NCBI GenBank assembly: GCA_018653365.1
Contig: JABIAG010000001.1
Span: 480,001-544,000, forward strand
Length of the DNA: 64,000 nt
Direction: 5' to 3'
DNA from: Candidatus Woesearchaeota archaeon
GTDB lineage: Archaea; Nanobdellota; Nanobdellia; Woesearchaeales; JABIAG01
A program made the translations under genes and the position numbers. Shown here in pieces: positions 18,863-27,697 of this stretch (position 1 is the stretch's first letter; every line of letters starts with the position of its first letter). Below the pieces are notes generated by a model that saw only the letters and a program-made list of their open reading frames with translations, made no database searches and was not told the origin of the DNA.

Positions 18863-20358
18863 TTTTCATCTCCACTTAAATCATCAGAAATTGATTTTAA
18901 CTCTTCCAATGCACTTTCCAAGTCATCAACTAACTCTTGTGCAATTATGTTTGGTTCTGGAAGATTATCCAAGTCATCTAAACTCTTATCTTTAATCCAG
19001 AATAAGTCTAGATTCGTTTTATCTCGTTTTAGAATTTCTTCATAAGTATATTTTCTCCATCTTGCGTCTGGACTTTCTTTCGAATAAAGTTCTTTTCTTT
19101 CGTGTCTGTTATCTGGATTGTAACATTCAATAAATTCTTTTAAGTCATTATATTTAAATGGATTTTCTTTTGGTGTAAAGTGCATATTCGTTCTTAAATC
19201 ATAGAACCATATTTCTTTTGTTTGTGCATCTGGAGATGCTCCTTTCTTTTCAAAGAATAGAACATTTGCCTTTACTCCTGGTTTATAAAATATTCCTGTT
19301 GGTAATCGCAAAATAGTATGTAAATCACAAGTTTCCATAATCTTCTTTCTTACTGTTTCAGAACCTCCTCCTTCAAATAATACATTATCTGGAAGAACAA
19401 CGGCGGCGACACCCTTTATTTTTAGAATGCTTCTAATGTGTTGTAAAAAGTTTATTTGCTTGTTACTTGAAGTTACCCAAAAATCATCTCGTAAGACATT
19501 CAAGTCTTTTGTTTTCGCTTCACCTTCATCTGTAACGAATTTTTCAGAAGACTTTTTCCCAAAAGGTGGATTTGTTAAAACCATATCAAATATCGGACCA
19601 GGATTTTCTTTTAATGCGTCAGATCCTGCATCAATAGGACTTTCATCACTTGCAAGTCCGTGAAGATAAATGTTCATAACGCAAAGACGTGCAGCCATAG
19701 GTACAATTTCGACACCAGAAAAGCTTCCTGACTTTAATTTAATTAGTTGATCTCTATCTAATTTATAATGTTTCAATATAAAATTATAAGCAGAAAGTAA
19801 GAATCCTCCAGTTCCACAACAAGGGTCGTGAATTTTGTATGTTTCTTTTCCAGGAGGTTGTGGTTTCATAACTTTAACCATTGCATCAATTAACGGTCTT
19901 GGAGTGAAATACTGTCCAGCTCCACCTTTAACATCAGAAGCATTCTTTTCTAAAAGTCCTTCATAAGCATCTCCTTTTGTATCTGTATCGAGAGAAAGCC
20001 AGTTTTCTTTTGCAATAAGTTCTACAATGAGTTTTTTTAGTTTAGCAGGATCTTGAATTTTATTTTGCGATTTTCTAAATATAACTCCTACAATTCCTTT
20101 TTCTTTTCCAAGAGAATTCAGCGTTTTTAGATATTGTTGTTCTAATTCAACACCATCTTTGCTCAATAAAGTTTCCCAATTATATTCATTTGGAATCTTT
20201 GATTTTTTATTGAAGGGAGGTTTTGTTCGTTCGTCGTCCATCTTTAAGAAAAGAAGAAATGTTAATTGTTCTACATAATCACCATAAGATAAACCATCAT
20301 CTCGTAGAATACCACAATAATTCCATAATTTATTTACTATTTGTTTTGGATCAGTCAT
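18859..20358 (-). CDS. hsdM: type I R-M methyltransferase subunit
   Basis: GQYFTPR, DPCCGTGGFL and NPPF motifs. Confidence 0.95.
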   Translation of the reverse strand: MTDPKQIVNKLWNYCGILRDDGLSYGDYVEQLTFLLFLKMDDERTKPPFNKKSKIPNEYNWETLLSKDGVELEQQYLKTLNSLGKEKGIVGVIFRKSQNKIQDPAKLKKLIVELIAKENWLSLDTDTKGDAYEGLLEKNASDVKGGAGQYFTPRPLIDAMVKVMKPQPPGKETYKIHDPCCGTGGFLLSAYNFILKHYKLDRDQLIKLKSGSFSGVEIVPMAARLCVMNIYLHGLASDESPIDAGSDALKENPGPIFDMVLTNPPFGKKSSEKFVTDEGEAKTKDLNVLRDDFWVTSSNKQINFLQHIRSILKIKGVAAVVLPDNVLFEGGGSETVRKKIMETCDLHTILRLPTGIFYKPGVKANVLFFEKKGASPDAQTKEIWFYDLRTNMHFTPKENPFKYNDLKEFIECYNPDNRHERKELYSKESPDARWRKYTYEEILKRDKTNLDLFWIKDKSLDDLDNLPEPNIIAQELVDDLESALEELKSISDDLSGDEK

Positions 20359-21583
20359 TATTATTATATCTCACTAACTTGCCATCAAAGGCAGATTTTA
20401 AAATTGATTTTCGAAAAGTTTCAACTTTAAGTAAAGATGCATTAACAGTTTCTTCGAGTTTATCTATAACTGAAAATTGAATCTCTATTTCTTGAACGAC
20501 TTGTTCTCGAACCGAACTATCTGGTGTGGGAAATATCATGTTTGTAAGTATATTTAAGTTGATATTCTTTTGAGCAGTTGCAGATGCTTTATTATCCAAA
20601 ATTTGTTGAACAAAGTCTAAATAATATTTAACAAATAAAGTTGTGTATTTATCTTTTGAACAAAATCCTACAACGCTGTCGGGAAAACACGCATCAATAT
20701 CTAATACTGCGGTTTTTGCAATGTTTGCTGCAATAGTTATACAAAGAGTTCCTTTTGACCATAGTTTACTTTGTTTTAAACCTATTTCATTGTATGTTTT
20801 AGAATAGTTATTTAACTTCCCCCCATTTGCACGTGATATTTCTCCGGTTTGAACAAAAGGATATTTGCCGTTAAATAAAACAGGATCATTTCTTGGTCTG
20901 TGTTTTGATTTTCCCCTCCCAAAAGTTCCTAAACTTGATAATGGCCCCGTATCCCAATTTAATGGTATTTTCAATATAAAATTGAATAAATTTATTTCTT
21001 GAAATTCTTCTTTTGAAAACCTACCTCCCTCGAAAGATGATCTTAAAATACTTTTTCTATAAATTTCAAGTTTTTTCTTAATTGTTTGCAAACTCTTAAT
21101 GGCAGAATCTAATCTTGTAAATTGTATTTCAATCTCCCCAACAAGATGTTTTTGCTTTGGTAAATCAATCTTTTTATTTTTATTTATGGGAAATATAAAA
21201 TCAAGATTTTGATATACTGATATATAATATCGTTTGTGCGTACTTGAATTTATTTGTTTAGAAGCCATTTGATAATAAACATATTTTATAGATACATCCG
21301 TTCGTTTTAATTTTAATATTTTCATTGCACTTGACTTTACTTTGAAAGGAAAATCAACAAACTTTAAATTAGTTGTAAAATCATCAAAAATAATAACTGG
21401 CACATTTTCATAAATACCTTCTGTGTCGTCTGTATACCCTTTGATAAATCCTTTATTAGCAGTTAAAACGGGTATGTTTGTTTTCTCTTTTTTTATTGGA
21501 CTTGTAACTATAAATGGGTTTGGCTGGTCATAATCCAAGACTTCTTTTAATTTTAAAGTTTCACATTCCATATCTTCACACAC
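20351..21583 (-). CDS. hsdS: type I R-M specificity subunit
   Basis: Two TRDs separated by repeated Q...V.EIEIQF...RKSIL..F.G spacers. Confidence 0.92.
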   Translation of the reverse strand: MCEDMECETLKLKEVLDYDQPNPFIVTSPIKKEKTNIPVLTANKGFIKGYTDDTEGIYENVPVIIFDDFTTNLKFVDFPFKVKSSAMKILKLKRTDVSIKYVYYQMASKQINSSTHKRYYISVYQNLDFIFPINKNKKIDLPKQKHLVGEIEIQFTRLDSAIKSLQTIKKKLEIYRKSILRSSFEGGRFSKEEFQEINLFNFILKIPLNWDTGPLSSLGTFGRGKSKHRPRNDPVLFNGKYPFVQTGEISRANGGKLNNYSKTYNEIGLKQSKLWSKGTLCITIAANIAKTAVLDIDACFPDSVVGFCSKDKYTTLFVKYYLDFVQQILDNKASATAQKNINLNILTNMIFPTPDSSVREQVVQEIEIQFSVIDKLEETVNASLLKVETFRKSILKSAFDGKLVRYNNND

Positions 21584-24335
21584 TCAACTCATTTAGTTCT
21601 TCGATTATTCCATTCAATCTGTCTCCAAAGACTTGATGTGCTTTTCCAAGCCCACCCATTTGGGCAAGTGTTCCTAATTCAAAGTCGTCTGTTGTGATTT
21701 CAACTGATTCTGAAATGTGTTCTTTGATTTTTTCAAGCCAGTTCAATTGTTCTTGACTAAATGAAACTCCCATTGCTTTTTGTTTAGAAAGCCAGTTTGA
21801 AAACCTTTCATTAACTGTTACAACATATGGTTCTAATGTTTCATCTTTACCAAGTTCAAATCTTAATAATGATACGAAATCTACTGGTTTTCCTTTTGCT
21901 GAACCGTGGACTTTTCCATCTTCTAATTGTTTGTAAGCACTCCATAGTTTTGGAGATGTTAAACTATAAGGGGGTGTTCTAATCTTTTCAACCATTTCTT
22001 TAAGGTCAGAATACTTCAAATTCTTATTATTGTAGAATGCTTGGATAATGGTTAGTTCATCTTTGTTTTCTTCAATAAACTTCTCAAACGATTGAATAGT
22101 TTGTTTCGCCTTCTCTGTCGATTCTTCTGAGAAACCTGTTTCTAAGACTTCATCAACTGAAACGTTATCAATTATTACTTCTGTTTCTTTCTTAATCTCT
22201 GGAAGTCTTGTTAGTAGTTCTCCGTGATTTAAGAATTCTGTAATTGCAACATTTCTGGATTCTGCACAAACTTCATTTAATTGATCTGTTGTAACGTCAT
22301 CTCCAAACTTTTCTCTTGCTTTTGTAAGATTATTATCCGGGTTGATTGCTTCAACAAATAACTTTGCAAAGAATTTCAAGTCTGCTCCGCCTGATAATTT
22401 TTCTATCTCTGCTTTTTGTGTGTCATTTAGTTTCTTTTGTAATCGAGATAATCTGCTTGCCATTGAAGACAAGTCTTCATCTGTTGGGTCGCCATATCTG
22501 ATATTTTGTAATAATTTTTCAAATGAAACTCCAAGTTTTTGTTCTAATGGCTTACTTTCTGATAACTCGTGATCTGCATCTGTGACACCAACTGCATCTA
22601 CAATTATGAAATGGTCTTTTGCCATTGCATCAGGAGTTACAGCCTTAAAGTCATCATTGGGTATTACTCGGACTCCTCGTCCTTTCATCTGCTCAAAATA
22701 ATTGCTGCTGTGAATATCTCTCATAAAGAATACTACTTCCAATGGTTTAATGTCCGTTCCTGTTGCAATCATATCAACTGTAACAGCAATTCGTGGGTAG
22801 AAACTATTTCTAAATTGTTGAATTAAATTCTTTGGAGTTTCTCCTTCTGTTTTGTAAGTGATTTTAACAGCAAACTTATTTGATTCTCCAAATTCTTCTC
22901 TAACTATTTGAACTATTTCTTCTGCGTGATTATCATCTTTTGCAAAAATAAGAGTTTTAGGCATTACTGTTCTACCTGGAAATATTTCTGTGAATAATTT
23001 GTCCTTGAAAGTTCTAACGATGGTTCTAATTTGATTGGTTGCAACTACTGACCTATCTAGTTTTGAACTATCATAGACTTCTGCTTCTTCAAGTGTTTCC
23101 CATCGTTTTCTTCTGGTTCTTTTATCTCTTTTTTGAATAACAGTTCCAGCATCAATAGTAGAACCATCTTCTGTAATTTTAGTTTTAATTCTATACACAC
23201 CAAAATCAACATTTACTCCATCTGCAACTGCTGCTTCGTGTCCATACTCCATAACCATATTTTGATTAAAGAACCCGATAGTGTGCATTGATGGTGTTGC
23301 TGTAAGTCCAAGTAAGAAGGAATCAAAATAATCTAATACTTGTTTCCATTGGTTATAGATTGAACGATGGCACTCATCAACAATAACTATGTCAAATTCT
23401 TCGATAGGAATCTTTTCATTATATTCAACTTTTTTCATTTCGTCAGGACCTGTTTCAAAACCAGACCTTTCTTCTGCTGATTCGTCAAGTTCTTCTCCTC
23501 GAAGCATAGAATAAACTCTTTGTATAGTTGAAATACATACTTTACTTGAACTATCAATAAAGTTACTTGTTAATCTTTGAACGCCATATATTTCTGTAAA
23601 TTTACGACCATCATCTGGTGTTGTGAATTTTTGGAATTCTGTTTCTGTTTGTTCTCCTAAATTTCCTCTATCTACGAGGAATAATATTCTTTTTGCTTTG
23701 GCATTTTTTAGAAGCCTGTAACAAATATTAACTGCTGTGTAAGTTTTACCGCTTCCAGTTGCCATTTGAAGCAATGATTTTGGTTTCCATAAAGCGAGAG
23801 AACTTTCTGTATTGATAATTGCTATTTTTTGGGCAGGCCAAAGAGTATCATTATTTAATTCATGAGTTGTTGATAACCGTTTCCTAAAAGTTTCACGACC
23901 TTCTTCAAGCCAGTTCTCACAAGTTTCCGGTCTATGAAAACTAAATACTGCTCTACTTTGAGGTTTTGGATCCCAAAGATTTGTAAAATGAGTTTCCGAA
24001 CCTGATGTTTCATATACAAAAGGGAGAGGTAATGGGACACTTTTGAATTGTTCTGGAAACCCTTCAGCATATCTGCTTGACTGGATTTCCTTTCCAGTTA
24101 ATGTTTCGCCTTCTTTTTTAGCTTCAATAATTCCACAAGCAATGCCATTTACAAATAGAACATAATCTGCTTCGCCAACACCTTGTCCCATATGAAAGTA
24201 TTCTACCGCTATGCCTTTCGCGGCCCTTATGTTGGCATTTTTAAAATCTTGAATAATCCAACCTGCTTTTTTTAGCATTGGATTAATAACTTTATGGCGC
24301 GCTTTATCTTCGGGAGTATGGATATATTCAGTCAT
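21576..24335 (-). CDS. hsdR: type I R-M restriction subunit (EcoEI-like C-terminus)
   Basis: ADY...IIEAK, MATGSGKT, DECHRS and QMKGRG motifs. Confidence 0.95.
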   Translation of the reverse strand: MTEYIHTPEDKARHKVINPMLKKAGWIIQDFKNANIRAAKGIAVEYFHMGQGVGEADYVLFVNGIACGIIEAKKEGETLTGKEIQSSRYAEGFPEQFKSVPLPLPFVYETSGSETHFTNLWDPKPQSRAVFSFHRPETCENWLEEGRETFRKRLSTTHELNNDTLWPAQKIAIINTESSLALWKPKSLLQMATGSGKTYTAVNICYRLLKNAKAKRILFLVDRGNLGEQTETEFQKFTTPDDGRKFTEIYGVQRLTSNFIDSSSKVCISTIQRVYSMLRGEELDESAEERSGFETGPDEMKKVEYNEKIPIEEFDIVIVDECHRSIYNQWKQVLDYFDSFLLGLTATPSMHTIGFFNQNMVMEYGHEAAVADGVNVDFGVYRIKTKITEDGSTIDAGTVIQKRDKRTRRKRWETLEEAEVYDSSKLDRSVVATNQIRTIVRTFKDKLFTEIFPGRTVMPKTLIFAKDDNHAEEIVQIVREEFGESNKFAVKITYKTEGETPKNLIQQFRNSFYPRIAVTVDMIATGTDIKPLEVVFFMRDIHSSNYFEQMKGRGVRVIPNDDFKAVTPDAMAKDHFIIVDAVGVTDADHELSESKPLEQKLGVSFEKLLQNIRYGDPTDEDLSSMASRLSRLQKKLNDTQKAEIEKLSGGADLKFFAKLFVEAINPDNNLTKAREKFGDDVTTDQLNEVCAESRNVAITEFLNHGELLTRLPEIKKETEVIIDNVSVDEVLETGFSEESTEKAKQTIQSFEKFIEENKDELTIIQAFYNNKNLKYSDLKEMVEKIRTPPYSLTSPKLWSAYKQLEDGKVHGSAKGKPVDFVSLLRFELGKDETLEPYVVTVNERFSNWLSKQKAMGVSFSQEQLNWLEKIKEHISESVEITTDDFELGTLAQMGGLGKAHQVFGDRLNGIIEELNELSV

Positions 24336-24553
24336 CTTGATTGGCCTTTAATTGTTTTTTTCATATAAATTTTAAATTGTTTATAATTTAATATTGTGTG
24401 TGTTTTCAAATTTTATTCATAATTAACCATTTTGTGACCTGTGATGAATATTAATCCTTGAGATTTATAAATATTTACTGTTTTTAGCGTTTCGTTCTTC
24501 TTCCGTAGTTTTTGTTAAACTGCTATAAATAAAACCATAATATTTCTTAATTC

Positions 24554-25624
24554 ATGAAAAAATGCAGAGCTTGCGATAAAGAACTTGAAAAAAACGAATT
24601 TGATTTTTGTTCTACTTGTTTAAAATTTCATGATAAGAACTACAATAAACAAAAGAAAAAAGAGCTTTATAACAAATATGAAGAAATTCATAAACCAAAA
24701 GTAATAGATTTATTTGCAGGTTGTGGAGGATTAAGTTACGGATTTCACAGTGCAGGTTTTAATGTTGTTGGATTCATAGAAAAATGCAAGACAGCAATTG
24801 ACACTTTTAAAAAGAACTTTCCTAATGCCATTCATATAGGAACAGATATTAAACAAGTAAAAAACTCAGAACTTCTAAAATACAAAAACAAAATTGACAT
24901 AATTACTGGAGGACCGCCATGTCAAGGGTTTAGTTTTTGCGGAAAAAGAAATCCAAAAGATAAAAGAAATCAGTTATACAAAGAATTCATAAGAATAATT
25001 TCTATAATCAACCCCAAAATTGTTGTTATTGAAAACGTTCCAGGAATAAAGAGTATGAAAGACCTGGATAAAAGAAGCATTCTCGATAAAATACTTAAAG
25101 AATTAATAAGTTTAGACTATTCTGTAAGCCATAAACTTCTTGTTGCTTCAGATTTTCAAGTTCCACAAAACCGAAAAAGGTTAATCATAATAGCAAAGAA
25201 AAATGAATTCTTCCCAGAACCTTCAAAAAATAAGGTAACTGTTATTGAAGCAATAAAAGATCTGCCAAAAGAAGGATCTGATTTAAATGGACATGTTTTA
25301 TTTCAAACAACACAAAAAGTAATCGAAAAGATAAAAAACACCAAACAAGGTGGCAAACTTTCTGACAAATACAACTTTTGCAGACAAAGATTATATGCTA
25401 ACAAACCTTCAAAAACAATAACAACAGAACCCATATTCATTCATCCAGTACATGACAGATTCTTAACACCAAGAGAACTAGCAAGACTCCAAAGCTTTCC
25501 AGATTCTTTTGTATTTATGGGAACTAAAACTTCGATACTTAAACAAATTGGAAATGCGGTTCCACCAAAACTTGCTTTTGCAATTGCTCAAAAGATAAGA
25601 GAGGTTCTAGAAAATGATAACTAA
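24554..25624 (+). CDS. dcm: DNA (cytosine-5)-methyltransferase with N-terminal Zn finger
   Basis: DLFAGCGG, GGPPCQGFS, ENV, Q.R.R and GNAVPP motifs; N-terminal CRAC...CSTC. Confidence 0.95.
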   Translation: MKKCRACDKELEKNEFDFCSTCLKFHDKNYNKQKKKELYNKYEEIHKPKVIDLFAGCGGLSYGFHSAGFNVVGFIEKCKTAIDTFKKNFPNAIHIGTDIKQVKNSELLKYKNKIDIITGGPPCQGFSFCGKRNPKDKRNQLYKEFIRIISIINPKIVVIENVPGIKSMKDLDKRSILDKILKELISLDYSVSHKLLVASDFQVPQNRKRLIIIAKKNEFFPEPSKNKVTVIEAIKDLPKEGSDLNGHVLFQTTQKVIEKIKNTKQGGKLSDKYNFCRQRLYANKPSKTITTEPIFIHPVHDRFLTPRELARLQSFPDSFVFMGTKTSILKQIGNAVPPKLAFAIAQKIREVLENDN

Positions 25625-25916
25625 AGAAACCTTTGTTGTTTTCGTATTCTTTGTAATAATCTTTCCCTTAAGTGCGGCGCTATGGTACAAATCTGGAGTG
25701 AATTTTGCAGAATTGTTAATCGTGTATGCAATTAATACTGCCATAATTCTTCTCTACATTAGCGTCGCACTTATCACCCATAAATTACGATTAAAAAAAC
25801 AAAAACCATTGATTGAACCAGAATATGATGAGTTTGAGGACGAATTAGAATGTGAAGATAAAGAATTTGAGGGTTTTCGCAATCTTTTCTGTAATGCAGA
25901 AGGAGGAAAAAAATGA
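25614..25916 (+). CDS. 2-TM membrane protein with acidic tail
   Basis: Two hydrophobic segments; overlaps the dcm stop. Confidence 0.65.
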   Translation: MITKETFVVFVFFVIIFPLSAALWYKSGVNFAELLIVYAINTAIILLYISVALITHKLRLKKQKPLIEPEYDEFEDELECEDKEFEGFRNLFCNAEGGKK

Positions 25917-26362
25917 ATGAACAAAAACCTGAAGAAAGTTTGAGTTTTAGTAGAACGTTTCAACCAGAAGATCTTGATGTAATGGTTGATAGAACTTTAG
26001 CATTATTTGACACTGGCGATTTACAAGAAAGTAATGAGTTAGCAGTTTACAATATGCATAACCTTTTGCAAAATGTAGCAGAATACGCAAAAAGTGTTAG
26101 TAGAAAACTATCTGGAAGAGAAATAACCTTAATGCAAAACTCAGCAGGAGTAATGGTAACATTAGCTGAAAAAGCAAGAGAAGTACAAACACCACAAGAC
26201 TATTTGAGAGGAGTGGCCGAACTAATGGATGAAAGCGTTGTAGGAACAAATCATGCAAGAAACAGTATAAACTTACAACAAGGAAGCCTGGGAGAATATC
26301 GGTTTTCTACAGATGTGAGAGAACAAGTTGAAGGAATGAAAGCCCAAGGTGTGTTAGAATGA
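25913..26362 (+). CDS. hypothetical protein
   Basis: ATGA coupling; GGAGG RBS. Confidence 0.7.
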   Translation: MNEQKPEESLSFSRTFQPEDLDVMVDRTLALFDTGDLQESNELAVYNMHNLLQNVAEYAKSVSRKLSGREITLMQNSAGVMVTLAEKAREVQTPQDYLRGVAELMDESVVGTNHARNSINLQQGSLGEYRFSTDVREQVEGMKAQGVLE

Positions 26363-27378
26363 AAGACGCAAGACAAGAAGCAGATGAGCTTCTTGAACAA
26401 TTTTCCCATAGGTTAAAGCAATATACTGCTAAAGACAACATTACCGTAGATGATTGTGATGATTTTATGGCTGATGTTGGCAAGTTTGGTATTGCTATAA
26501 CCTCATTGTTAAAAGATTTAGGGTTTAGTAATGGACAAATAAATGATTTTAAATCAGAACATTTAGATGATTTGCTAAGGTCTAGTGATGTAAGTTATGA
26601 CCAAGTTGTAAATGATCCAAGATTTAGAAACCTTTTTTTTGGTGAAAAAATAAGACCTGGAAGTCATAAATTACTTACAACACTAACAAGTTTAGTTTTA
26701 GGTAGTTCATTATTAACAAATGTCCTACTTTACAATAGACTACCTCAAGAAACAATAGGAAAAACACGCACTGAATATAAAACAGTTTATCTAAACCCCT
26801 TTCAATCACGACTTTTTGACACAGTTTATCGACTCAGCAGTAAACAAATAAGAAGACGACCTTTTGTTTCTCGTGGAGATTGGAATCAACAAGTAAAAAG
26901 TTATGCAAATTTTCTCTTTGATAAACCACAAGAAAAAGACCTTGAAATTGTAGATAAAATACTGCGTAATTATGTAAAAAACAGGTTAAAAGGCGAAGAA
27001 TCAGAACAAAGCTTAGATGAAGTTATTGATTCATATGGTGGAGAAACACTTACTGCCAACTATGTTTTTGATCAAAGATCTGATTGGACAACTTACATGA
27101 AACATATGGAAGTTCAAAGATTAAAAGAAAAATTAGAAGATTACCTTGATACGGAAGGAGAATTGAAACTTAGAGGACATTGGCGAACAGCGGTCTGGAA
27201 GTTTTCAGAAAAGTTTTATGACGATTATTACCTTGATGCCAATAAACGGTTAGAAGTAACCGACCTTCTTTTACGTGAATTACATGGAAGCTACCAACAT
27301 GAAAAAATAACTATGGTCCCAGCAACCATTTGGTTAGGTCAAGGATTCGTAATCAAATATTCTGGAGGTAAACAATGA
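26359..27378 (+). CDS. hypothetical protein with one possible TM segment
   Basis: ATGA coupling at both ends. Confidence 0.7.
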   Translation: MKDARQEADELLEQFSHRLKQYTAKDNITVDDCDDFMADVGKFGIAITSLLKDLGFSNGQINDFKSEHLDDLLRSSDVSYDQVVNDPRFRNLFFGEKIRPGSHKLLTTLTSLVLGSSLLTNVLLYNRLPQETIGKTRTEYKTVYLNPFQSRLFDTVYRLSSKQIRRRPFVSRGDWNQQVKSYANFLFDKPQEKDLEIVDKILRNYVKNRLKGEESEQSLDEVIDSYGGETLTANYVFDQRSDWTTYMKHMEVQRLKEKLEDYLDTEGELKLRGHWRTAVWKFSEKFYDDYYLDANKRLEVTDLLLRELHGSYQHEKITMVPATIWLGQGFVIKYSGGKQ

Positions 27379-27695
27379 AAATAGCCTTGCTCTTTTTGTT
27401 TTTGTTATTAATGCCAGTTGTATTAGCAGAAATCGATTTTGACCAAGAATTAACAGATGAGGAAGAAGAACAATTTGACGCAATACTTGCCCCAGTAATG
27501 AAAATCTACAGTTTCATAAGGTACGCAGCAACAGTTATTGGAGTTTTAATGCTGGTGTTTGCAGGAATAACCTTTGTAACTGCAGGTGGAGAAATGGCCA
27601 AAAAAGAAAAAGCTAAGAACATAGCAACAGGAGTAATAATTGGCCTTATTGTAATCTGGGTAGCACCATTAATCGTCAAATATGTTTTTGGCTAA
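27375..27695 (+). CDS. TrbC/VirB2-family pilin-like protein
   Basis: Signal peptide plus helical hairpin AGITFVTAGG....EKAK.....IIGL. Confidence 0.8.
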   Translation: MKIALLFLFLLLMPVVLAEIDFDQELTDEEEEQFDAILAPVMKIYSFIRYAATVIGVLMLVFAGITFVTAGGEMAKKEKAKNIATGVIIGLIVIWVAPLIVKYVFG

Positions 27696-27697
27696 AC

